DNA of 41,827 bases. It comes from Aduncisulcus paluster (lineage: Eukaryota). The notes beneath the pieces are model-generated. The model had not been told where the DNA came from and searched no databases. It saw only the letters and a program-made list of their open reading frames with translations. The position numbers were made by a program, and so were the translations under genes. Shown one piece after another: positions 23,585-33,127 of the stretch (positions are counted from its first letter, which is position 1; the number at the start of each line of letters is the position of its first letter). Location: the NCBI GenBank assembly GCA_024181965.1, contig BQXS01012524.1, positions 1 to 41,827 on the forward strand, in the 5' to 3' direction.

Positions 23585-24008
23585 GTATACATTTGCACAT
23601 TTTACTTGGTAGATTACCCATTGATTGTAGGACGAGTAGGACAGTATTTCTTCATTTTCCCCATTATTCTTCGTTTTGATTATACTTCTCAAATGAGGAT
23701 GATTTCTTATCGTCAAGCAATATTTCCGCGCCACATCCTGTGCGTTCAATCTGATCCCATACCGCCTCAAAGATCTTTCCTCATTATATGGCATCTGGGC
23801 AAGTAAATGTTGAGGAGTATTGGAGAAGAAGAGTGTCACCTTTCATGGATCAATGTGATGGAAAAGGAATGGAGAGGGGATAAGAACTCAAGCCAAAAAG
23901 CCAAGCCAAGCGATGCTTATTTATTGTGACATATCTGAAGAATGATTGTGTATGGATTACTAAAATTATAAACTTGTTCACAATCTCCCTTGAAACCTCA
24001 AAGTATTA

Positions 24009-25142
24009 TTAGGGAGCAGGCATTAGTTCGTCCACAATGGAACCATATACAAGATCAAGATCAATGGAAGCTTCTCCAAGATGGCCATGCGAGTGTTCTT
24101 GCCCTTCAATCCCTCTGATATCCTTGCCTCGACAACTGTCAGCAGCAACAAGGATGTCAATGACAGACTGCCCAACAAAGAAGTCCACATTACCATTGAA
24201 TACAGCTGTACAAAGCTCTCCACACAATCCTCGAACAACAAAAATACTTAAATGGGGTACAATAAGCTTTACGAGGGAAAGGAGAGAGGTGGAGAGAGAA
24301 ATGGCTGTCATGAGAGTTGAAGTAGGAGATAGATAGCTATCCTGGTCACTTTTACCTTCTTTATCGTCATCTTCTTCCCCATTCTCACTCACATCTTCGA
24401 GAGCAGCCACTAGAACACTAACACACTCACTCTGGACCTCATCACTAGATTCAAGGGAAGTAGCACGGTTGCATATGTAACACAGAATGACTCCAATGGC
24501 AGGAAGAGTATAATTTGGCTGAGAAAAGCTGGTAAGTGAACAAAAGCTCTGTAATATTCGTTCTTCAAGGGACATCAGGAAGGATCCGAATTCAATGCGT
24601 TTCAATCTTTCTTCAAGGGCAATAATAGATTGTATAGCCAACAAACAATATCTAATAGCAAGTTTTGTGGGAGAGGAACGAAGCAAGAGGTCAAGAAGTC
24701 CATCAAGAATGAAATCACGAAAAGAGGTTGGGAATGTTGTGATAATATTAGAAATACATTTAATGGCTCGCTTATAATGGACTGAAAAACATAAAAATGT
24801 ACTGGCTGCCGCTAGAAAACTAATATCAACGCTAGACTCAAGAGTTTCGTCGAATTCAAAAAAAGATGATGAAATATTTTGTTTAACGGGCTTTGAATCG
24901 AATACTGAGGACGATATCCACAATTCAACAATGATAATCGCCATTAAAGATAACGATGCCTGAGATTCAAAGAATTTGAATGTCCTGATGGTAAACAGTT
25001 CTTTGAACGCCTTTTCCATTTCAATAGCATATTCTTTTTCAATGGGAAGGGCTTTTACATAAATTAATCCTGTTTCGAGAGCTTTTTTCATATCAGAATC
25101 ATCACTTTTAGGGTTTTGGAGAGTTATTATCCATTCTTGCAT
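24009..25142 (-). CDS. Hypothetical 377-aa helical-repeat (ARM/HEAT-like) protein
   Basis: ORF with ATG and Leu/Ile-rich amphipathic helices. Any IFRD-like resemblance is too weak to name. Confidence 0.75.
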   Translation of the reverse strand: MQEWIITLQNPKSDDSDMKKALETGLIYVKALPIEKEYAIEMEKAFKELFTIRTFKFFESQASLSLMAIIIVELWISSSVFDSKPVKQNISSSFFEFDETLESSVDISFLAAASTFLCFSVHYKRAIKCISNIITTFPTSFRDFILDGLLDLLLRSSPTKLAIRYCLLAIQSIIALEERLKRIEFGSFLMSLEERILQSFCSLTSFSQPNYTLPAIGVILCYICNRATSLESSDEVQSECVSVLVAALEDVSENGEEDDDKEGKSDQDSYLSPTSTLMTAISLSTSLLSLVKLIVPHLSIFVVRGLCGELCTAVFNGNVDFFVGQSVIDILVAADSCRGKDIRGIEGQEHSHGHLGEASIDLDLVYGSIVDELMPAP

Positions 25143-25366
25143 TGTAATAAATTAAATAATTCCGTGAATTTGATTAAAAATAAATTAAATAAAAATATTG
25201 AGGTGATTGTACAGAAAACAATGACTAAAATCGGCTATAATCCATTTTCCACCATTCACGAAACAAAATAGATAAATCAACTTAAAATCGATGAGAATCA
25301 ACATATATATATCATAAAACAATCAAATTAATTTGATATTTGAATATAATTGAAGCTATTACTAAA

Positions 25367-26363
25367 CTACTTAGCCCCCATACCTTGCATCTTATCAGCA
25401 TTAGAAGGTTTGTTTTGAAGGGCAAAAGTTTGTTGTCGAACATTTGCACTCTTCATTTTTCGTAATAATTGTTGGAAAGATCCAGCTCCTCCAGCTACAG
25501 ATGGTTTAATCACCTTGAAAGGCGATACCGATTCCATTGGAGCCGTCGATCCTCTTCGAAACGAAGAAACAACCAATGGAGACGGAGATACTTGGGCCGA
25601 AGGCTTTGTGAGCAACGAAACAGAAATTGAAGGCCGTTTATCTGTTGGGATGGGAGGGCGAAGACGATCGAGGGGACTTGGACCTCGAGCGGATCCAGAT
25701 AAACTGTCTCCCTTTGCATAAAACCGGGTATTATGTAAATTGGATGAGTCGTGATCCCTTGATGAGGGGTGAATCGAAGACATAACCCCATATTCCCCAC
25801 TTTCTCTTTCTTTTTCCGCAAATTTTTTTGCTATTTCAGGAGCAGCCTCCATTTCCATATGGGATAGATATTCGTCAATCGTACCCGCCGATGAGGCAGC
25901 AACAAAAGATTGCATTCGCACCAATACACCACGAAGCACTCCATGGAGAATTTGAGCATTTACCACATCAGCTTCATCATTATCGTCGTCTTTTAATTTT
26001 AGTCTTGATCGATCTTTCACTGATTCATCGCTCATTGTATCAGACAAAGAACCATCTTCATCAATAAACTCTTCATCTTGATCTAATTCAGATATAAAGA
26101 AAAAGTTTGTAGAATCTTTTTCTTCAGTTTGATCTACATAGAAAATATTATGATATATGTTTGGAAAGTTTAAGAGTAAAGAAATATTACAATAGATATC
26201 ACAGAGGACAAAACAAACCGTTTATCATGAATAAAGTGTAAGAATTATTATCTAACTAAAAATATATAAAAAAAATCAGCCATGGAAAAGCAAAAAACAT
26301 ACCTGCAACAGACACTGTCTTATCAGTTCCATCAATCGCAACTGAACTCACACAGCAACCCAT
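25367..26363 (-). CDS. Spliced gene for an N-myristoylated/palmitoylated (MGCCVS) protein, 275-286 aa; exons 26363-26303, optional 26251-26219, and 26133-25367
   Basis: ATG GGT TGC TGT GTG AGT...GCA G|GTATGT donor and TATGTAG|AT CAA acceptor are in frame with the 226-aa ORF. An internal 33-nt phase-1 micro-exon is flanked by TTAG and GTTTGT. Confidence 0.8.
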
Positions 26364-26526
26364 AAATTGAAAAATAATTGACTATATAAAAAATATATTT
26401 GTGCAAAAAGATAATTTTTGATAAAATAAAATTTGAAGTTTGACCAAAATCTTGTAAAAAATTAGTTTCGTTTTTTTCTTGAAGCGTAGAAAGATAGACA
26501 TTTCATAATCGGATAAAATACGTTTT

Positions 26527-29500
26527 ATGAACAGTTTTGGTGACAATGGGAGTTCTTTATCGGGTGAAGATCGCTCGATTCACTTTTCACCCCCGAATCA
26601 ATCTAGTAGCTGGTATTCAGAAGTATCATCAATTTCACGAGATTCGTCTTCTGTAAAATTTCCTGTAATTCCAGAATCGAGAAATATTTTACTCCGATTC
26701 ACTCCTTCTACCGCTTCAACTGCACCTTCCTCTTCCTCTTCCTTTTCGAGAAGAAAAGATGAAGAAGACGATCCTATATTTCATCAAGATAAGGAAGACG
26801 ATTTTCGTGTTGATGGGGGCATGGATGGTGCAGGTGTATCATCTCTTGATGATCCTGTTGATGACCCTCCTCAACCTGTCAAACCAAAAAAAGCCAGGAA
26901 ACCTAGAACCCCAAAACGTAAACCCGTGAAACTTGGGCGTCGTGTGAAAGGTCCCTTTGCCTCTATTGAAGCGAGATCAGATATGGACTATTACGATGAT
27001 CTATTCGATGAGGATGGTTCTGATGACAAAAGAATAGAAGACAAAGATCCTTTGGACATTCAAGATACATTTGATGATTTTGATTCTCATGCCATTATGG
27101 CTCGTTCTTCAGCAGTTATTTCCACTAGTAGTACGAAGATCAATAGGCATAAAGATGAGGAGGAATGTTTGGATGTCTCAGAGTCTCAAAGTTTCTCAAT
27201 TGAAGAAATTAACAGTGAAATTGAGTATTTCAATCCATCTTCACATAAACAAGGAACTTTAAATTTCTCTACTTCTCCTCATCCTTCTTCTCGTGATAAA
27301 ATTAGAATTGATAAAGTGAGAAAATCTGAACAACATAATCCCCCAATCATATCTCAGGAGAAATTGGATGGTTTTATTACATCAAATCCTCGTAGAATGC
27401 AAGATCATGCAACAAAGGAGGATAAAACAGCTAAAGTAGAAGAAAATTCTAAAACCGATATTTCATACCATATTATGGTTGAAAACAGGGATAGTGATGC
27501 GGTTTTTACACAATCTATCCACAAAACCGAACCGATTGATCAAAAACCAAAGAATCACTCACTCTTCTTCGCCAATTTTGCTGATGGTTTTAAACATGAA
27601 ACTCTAATGGATGTTCAAAAGAGAGGAATTCGAAAGGATAAACCCATTAAGGAGGATCCTCTTTCCTCTTCTCTCGATTTTGAAGGTGCTAGTGGTGGGT
27701 CGTTTGGATTTGGGTTTTCCCTGACTCCTACTAATCCACAATCACATGTGAACAATCCAATAACTTCTTCTTCAACTTTCGGTTTCTCTTCTCCTTTCAA
27801 TGCAACAGTACCTACATCTTCCTCTTCTTCCTCATCCTCTCTTTCTACTCCTCCTTCGCATGAGGAATTGAAAGGAAGAAACTCTGACAATGGTGTATAT
27901 GTATCATTTGGTCCTTCCCTTTCAAAGACAAAGGAAGAGGACGTATCTCCATTGGGACCAACAACAGTTTCAAGGAATAACAATAATCCAACACTATCCA
28001 TGCCTTCAAAGGATCATTGTTCCGTTGAAATCGAGGACAAGCTTCATGATGATGGTCATCTCATGAGATCTCCTTTGTCTCCAAAAATAACTTATTCGGA
28101 TGAAGATAGTGACATTTATAGCAAACTTGGAAATTTCACAAGTCCGTCTTCCCTTGCCAAAAAGAGTAAGAATGTTGTAACTCAGAGTTGTCAGCATCAA
28201 ACCTCTTTCTCTGCAACATCTACTCATCAAGAAGCTCCAACTCCCACTTCTTTCCCCTCTAAAATGAGTGTCTTTGGAGGGAAAGCAAGGGGGAAAGGAG
28301 ATGATGAAGGAGAAGATGATGATGGATTCGGAGCAATTGACGAAGGATCAGGGGATTATGGCTATGCATATCAATTGAATGAAGATGAGGAATATATCTT
28401 GGGAGAGAAGGAAGGAGAGAAGGGAAAGGAACAACATGAAAATACAAAATGGGATTCAGCACAAGACAAAAAACCAATCTCATCTAACTCTTGTTCGAAA
28501 CCATTGATGGCATTTGGATCAATTCCTGCGGATTGGGGATTAGACGAATCGGTCAATCCTGTTCAACATACTAAAAATGATACCAAGAATATTTGCAAAA
28601 TTGATAATAATTTTTGTTTAACTAAATCTGGTAAAGAAGAAGAGGATGCACCCTCTATTTTCATGTCAAAGCCAGTAGTAGCATCAACAACAGGAACAGA
28701 TCTCTCAGAACCTCCTTCAGGCATTCAGTTTCCCCAACTTGAAGAAGAGGATGATCCTGCCGTCTCTTCATCTTTGTTAACTGACCCTTCGAGGATAACA
28801 TTAAACACGATTCCCAAAGAGATTGTTTCATTGTTGAAACTCTCATCCTCTAAGAACCCGATTCCTGTCACATATTCCCTTTCTTCACCTATAAATGAAG
28901 TCATGATATCCAAGCAGAGTCGTATCAGATTGAAGGATGAGCCTTGGGAAGCCTATGAACAAGATAAGGATGTGATCGACGAATACGATGAAGATGAAGA
29001 AGAAGGATGGCAAATGGAAGGAAAAGAAAAGAAGCATGGAAGAAGACCACAAGGTCGAAAAGAGGAAGATTTTGAGTTTTCATCTTCTTATGAGGGATCC
29101 GATTGTTCATCCTCCGAAGAAAGCGGTGGAATTATCGAGTCTGAGGAAGAATCCGAGATATTCTCGTTTCAAGAAGATAGTGAAACCGATTCTAGTTATT
29201 CAGCAGAACCTATTTTTGGAATTGATAATAATAATAGCGATATTGAAGAAGTTTTTGATATTGAAGAGGAAGAAATAGCATCCGAAATGAAAAAGAAGGC
29301 TAAAATCAAGAGAAACAAGAAAAGAGATGAAAGAATTGCTAGAAAGAAATTAAAACAAAGTATTAAAGCCCAAAAGAAACTGAAATTAAAAGAAAAGAAG
29401 AAAAAAGAGGAAGAAGAAAAGGGTAAAACCAAAGACAATAATTCCATTCCTTCTTCTTTACTTACTTGGAATCCAATATCATGGTTTGAAAAAGCTCTCA

Positions 29501-32500
29501 ATCACGCAGATATGGTTGAAATTGAAATGCGAAAGACCAAAGACTCGTCGAATCCATCTATTGTGCGTCTCCAGAAAGATACTACTCTCCATCCATGTGT
29601 TCAATATACATTATATTTGACTTCTACATCATCTAAGAAAAAAGCATCAATTTCTTCAGGATCAGCACAGAAAAATAAGGATATGGCGAGTAAGCATCAG
29701 GTAGATACCGAGGGGGAACTCATCCTTGAAGCTCAACGTCCATCAAACTGTTCAGATTCAAAGTGGATACAAATCAAACGAATGTTAGTGAGTCACACCA
29801 CCTTCCTTCACTTCCGAACTTGCCAAGCAGATGTTATCTCTGCATCAATGTCTGGGAAGGATGTATTCGCTGTCTTGCCAACTGGTACAGGAAAGACTCT
29901 GTGCTATAGTTTCGCTGCTCTCGGACGTGGGGATGGGGTGTGCATCGTATTGTGTCCATTAATTGCATTGATTGCTGACCAACGGGATAAATTGCGTGGA
30001 ATGGGCATTCGAACGGTGTCAATTGGCGGTGGATCTCAAGGAAACCAAGAACTCAAATTAATACTCAAATCACTGTATAAAAAGCCGTTTGAAGGTGCTC
30101 CATTGCCTCAAATTATTCTAACAACTCCAGAAAAAGTTCTTATGAACAGTTTGTTCCATGAAGTTATCCAAAGTCTCTCAAGGAGAATGTTATTATCATT
30201 AATTGTCGTCGATGAAACTCATGTGGTCTCTGAATGGTCTATTTTTAGACCTCATTATGCACAAATCAGCAGGATCAGAAGTTATGCGCCAAAAGTCCCC
30301 ATGATGTGTTTGACAGCAACGACAACGAAAAGTCAAATGACTCAAATTAAGAAGAGTGTTGGAATTAAAGTGGATTCCAAGAAGAAAAGTCTTTCTTCGT
30401 CCTCTTCTTCCTCTTCATCAACTGCTCAGCCCACATTTTCAATGACATCTAATCCTATTCTTTCGACTGCTTCTTCAAGTTACATGACTTGCCAAGATTT
30501 CTTTTATCCCGGAACTTCCTCAAATATACGTCTGTCAGTGTGTGATCTCAGTGACACGTGGTGTGAATTCTATAAAAATCAAATCATTCAGCCATATACC
30601 CATGAAGTCCAGGAGGGAGCTGACACAATGCGAAAGAGAGATCTTAGACTTCAACGATATGCTCTTCAAAAACGAGATAGCTCTTCTTCTTCTTCTTCTT
30701 CTTCTTCTGTTTCACTACGGAAATCAAAGGATATTGGAGGTAAAGTGGATACATTGAAGTTACCTGTTCGTCATCTCAAAACTTTGTGTGTATTTCTTCG
30801 TCGAAAAAGAAGGTGTGGAAGTGCATTGGTGTATGTTCGAACTTGTCGTGACGCAGAAAACGTCGCTATGTTTCTCAATCCAGGTTATTTCTTCTCAGTT
30901 GACGATAGTACGGATCAAAATCTCCTTCCTTATCCTCCCTTAGCTGATTTTTATGGCTATTCGTTTGGCCCTGCTCCCATTTCTCCCTTTTGTGGCCTCC
31001 GTGTGATCTGCTATCACAGTAAGCTATCCAAGCAGACAAAGCAGCGTCTCTTCTCAATGTGGATGAATAACCTTGTTGATGTGGTTATCTGCACGACTTC
31101 TCTGGGAATGGGAATTGATAAAGGAGATGTTACCAGCGTTGTTCACTTCGGAACTCCTCCGACGCTTCTATCATACGTCCAAGAAGTCGGAAGAGGAGCA
31201 AGAGATGTACGACTCACCTGCGATGGATTGTTTTTGTTCTCTCCTTATGATCTGTCAAAGGTAAAATTTTTGTTGGCTACATCCCATTGTCCTTCAAATG
31301 TCCCTATATCGTGTATGTATGAATTATACAACATGCTGAGATATGTCCTCCTTTGTGGGAAATGCCGAAGACAATATATTGAAAAATACTTTGGAGTGAT
31401 TGGAACAAAAACAACGATTCAAAGGAACAAAAAGGGTTTAAAATCATACGGAAGTAGACCTGTAAAGAAAAAGAAAGCAAAAGGGAAAAATGGAGAAAAA
31501 GAAGAAGAAGAAGAGGAAGAAATTGCTGATATTGCTGAAAAAGATAAGTCAAGTAAGAAATCGGACAAATCTGAAGGATACAGCAGTCTTTCTTGTCCAT
31601 CCTCTCCTTCCCTTTGCTGTGATAGGTGTCATTTGCTCGCCATCGGTGCTGCCAAAATGAAAATGATCGATTTCACTCCGTTGGTCGAATTGGCATTAAG
31701 AGTTGCTCGCAAAAGAGGTTCAATATCTGCATCAACACCGATGGATCAATGCAATCCATTTGGCAGCAAAGAACCCAGAAAGACATTAGTGAAATCATCA
31801 ATTGATGGGGCTAATCTCGCGTTTGATGCTATAAAAGCCGCTTTATCTTCCCAAAACCCTCCAAGAATTAACAATATTGATGAAGGAGAAAATGCTAAAA
31901 AATGTAAGTTTGAAATATTGAGTGATTATAGTTTGCTCGATTTTTGTAAAGAAGTTGTGAATTTATTTGAGAAAATCGATATAAAAAAAGAAGTTCGTCG
32001 TCATGAGAAAGAATCTGAGAAAGAATCTGAAGGAAGAGGAGATGATGAAGAAAGTGATGGAGCTGAAGACTCTTCTTCCATTTCCATTGATATTCCATCT
32101 CGACCTCCAGGTTCAAGCAAATCTCCCCATTCGGACTGGTTTCTCGTGCCAAGATTGATGTTTGCTCTTATTTCGAATGGAGTGTTTAAGGAGACTATAT
32201 CAATCTCTTTCATTGTAGCCGAAGAAGGTGATCAACAGGGAACTGAGTTATCGCTTGATGAGGTCAGGGAACGTGTTGGGCAGACCTTGAGACCTCCAAA
32301 AAGGGGTGAAAATGTCACAGATAGTGAACTTGGAGTGGGAATTAGTCGCCTTGAAAAACAAGGAATCATCGCCAGAAAACTTCATGATCTGTATGAATTT
32401 AACTCGGAATATAAATTATCAAAGAAAATAATATTCAATTGTATGGTTATGACTCAACATGAGAAGAAACCCCCACATGTTCCAAAGTGGCAACGTGAGC

Positions 32501-32565
32501 GAAGCCAGCCAAGGAGTCAATCGGATTTCAATTACCAAAAATTCAAGCATAAACATAAGAAATAA
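26527..32565 (+). CDS. RecQ-family ATP-dependent DNA helicase with a ~1080-aa disordered N-terminus
   Basis: FRTCQ (motif 0), LPTGTGKTLCY (I), PLIALIADQ (Ia), VVDETH..SEW..FRPHY (II), LTAT (III), YHSKL, TTSLGMGIDKGDV (V), YVQEVGRGARD (VI), and RQC zinc ligands CRR..IEKYFG...CCDRC. Confidence 0.95.
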   Translation: MNSFGDNGSSLSGEDRSIHFSPPNQSSSWYSEVSSISRDSSSVKFPVIPESRNILLRFTPSTASTAPSSSSSFSRRKDEEDDPIFHQDKEDDFRVDGGMDGAGVSSLDDPVDDPPQPVKPKKARKPRTPKRKPVKLGRRVKGPFASIEARSDMDYYDDLFDEDGSDDKRIEDKDPLDIQDTFDDFDSHAIMARSSAVISTSSTKINRHKDEEECLDVSESQSFSIEEINSEIEYFNPSSHKQGTLNFSTSPHPSSRDKIRIDKVRKSEQHNPPIISQEKLDGFITSNPRRMQDHATKEDKTAKVEENSKTDISYHIMVENRDSDAVFTQSIHKTEPIDQKPKNHSLFFANFADGFKHETLMDVQKRGIRKDKPIKEDPLSSSLDFEGASGGSFGFGFSLTPTNPQSHVNNPITSSSTFGFSSPFNATVPTSSSSSSSSLSTPPSHEELKGRNSDNGVYVSFGPSLSKTKEEDVSPLGPTTVSRNNNNPTLSMPSKDHCSVEIEDKLHDDGHLMRSPLSPKITYSDEDSDIYSKLGNFTSPSSLAKKSKNVVTQSCQHQTSFSATSTHQEAPTPTSFPSKMSVFGGKARGKGDDEGEDDDGFGAIDEGSGDYGYAYQLNEDEEYILGEKEGEKGKEQHENTKWDSAQDKKPISSNSCSKPLMAFGSIPADWGLDESVNPVQHTKNDTKNICKIDNNFCLTKSGKEEEDAPSIFMSKPVVASTTGTDLSEPPSGIQFPQLEEEDDPAVSSSLLTDPSRITLNTIPKEIVSLLKLSSSKNPIPVTYSLSSPINEVMISKQSRIRLKDEPWEAYEQDKDVIDEYDEDEEEGWQMEGKEKKHGRRPQGRKEEDFEFSSSYEGSDCSSSEESGGIIESEEESEIFSFQEDSETDSSYSAEPIFGIDNNNSDIEEVFDIEEEEIASEMKKKAKIKRNKKRDERIARKKLKQSIKAQKKLKLKEKKKKEEEEKGKTKDNNSIPSSLLTWNPISWFEKALNHADMVEIEMRKTKDSSNPSIVRLQKDTTLHPCVQYTLYLTSTSSKKKASISSGSAQKNKDMASKHQVDTEGELILEAQRPSNCSDSKWIQIKRMLVSHTTFLHFRTCQADVISASMSGKDVFAVLPTGTGKTLCYSFAALGRGDGVCIVLCPLIALIADQRDKLRGMGIRTVSIGGGSQGNQELKLILKSLYKKPFEGAPLPQIILTTPEKVLMNSLFHEVIQSLSRRMLLSLIVVDETHVVSEWSIFRPHYAQISRIRSYAPKVPMMCLTATTTKSQMTQIKKSVGIKVDSKKKSLSSSSSSSSSTAQPTFSMTSNPILSTASSSYMTCQDFFYPGTSSNIRLSVCDLSDTWCEFYKNQIIQPYTHEVQEGADTMRKRDLRLQRYALQKRDSSSSSSSSSSVSLRKSKDIGGKVDTLKLPVRHLKTLCVFLRRKRRCGSALVYVRTCRDAENVAMFLNPGYFFSVDDSTDQNLLPYPPLADFYGYSFGPAPISPFCGLRVICYHSKLSKQTKQRLFSMWMNNLVDVVICTTSLGMGIDKGDVTSVVHFGTPPTLLSYVQEVGRGARDVRLTCDGLFLFSPYDLSKVKFLLATSHCPSNVPISCMYELYNMLRYVLLCGKCRRQYIEKYFGVIGTKTTIQRNKKGLKSYGSRPVKKKKAKGKNGEKEEEEEEEIADIAEKDKSSKKSDKSEGYSSLSCPSSPSLCCDRCHLLAIGAAKMKMIDFTPLVELALRVARKRGSISASTPMDQCNPFGSKEPRKTLVKSSIDGANLAFDAIKAALSSQNPPRINNIDEGENAKKCKFEILSDYSLLDFCKEVVNLFEKIDIKKEVRRHEKESEKESEGRGDDEESDGAEDSSSISIDIPSRPPGSSKSPHSDWFLVPRLMFALISNGVFKETISISFIVAEEGDQQGTELSLDEVRERVGQTLRPPKRGENVTDSELGVGISRLEKQGIIARKLHDLYEFNSEYKLSKKIIFNCMVMTQHEKKPPHVPKWQRERSQPRSQSDFNYQKFKHKHKK

Positions 32566-33127
32566 TGAACCCATTTCATGTCAGATTTTGCTCAACTTTG
32601 ACATTTACTATCTGAAGTCTATGTTTCAGCCTTCATCCAAAATATTGTCATCAAACATCTTTTTTTCCATGGTTATAAGAGGAAAAGGATGTTAATCGTG
32701 AGAGATTTTATGGTTATTCGAGCGGGCCCTAAACCGATTGGGCAGAATAAGAGTCTTATTTCTGTCGTGGCAAATTCACTTATACTGCACAACAATATCA
32801 CAATATGTTAAGAAGGCTTTATTTTATGCATACTTTATAATAAATAATCTTTGCTATATGAGCAAAACGGCTATGAGAACCACGTTATTTTGAAACTTTA
32901 TTCGCACTTAAATATAATATTTATTCTTTGTAATTTGCACTATTTTAAATGTGTAATTTGTTTTAATAAGAAAAGTTTAAACCGCACAATTATTTCGCCA
33001 TTTTTTTTTGTAAATTTTTAAATATGCATTTTGCAAACAAATCATGAGTATGTATTCCATTTATATGCACAAAAGATATTCATTTTTGATTTTTAAGAAT
33101 TTTTTTTATGATATTTTAACATAAAAA

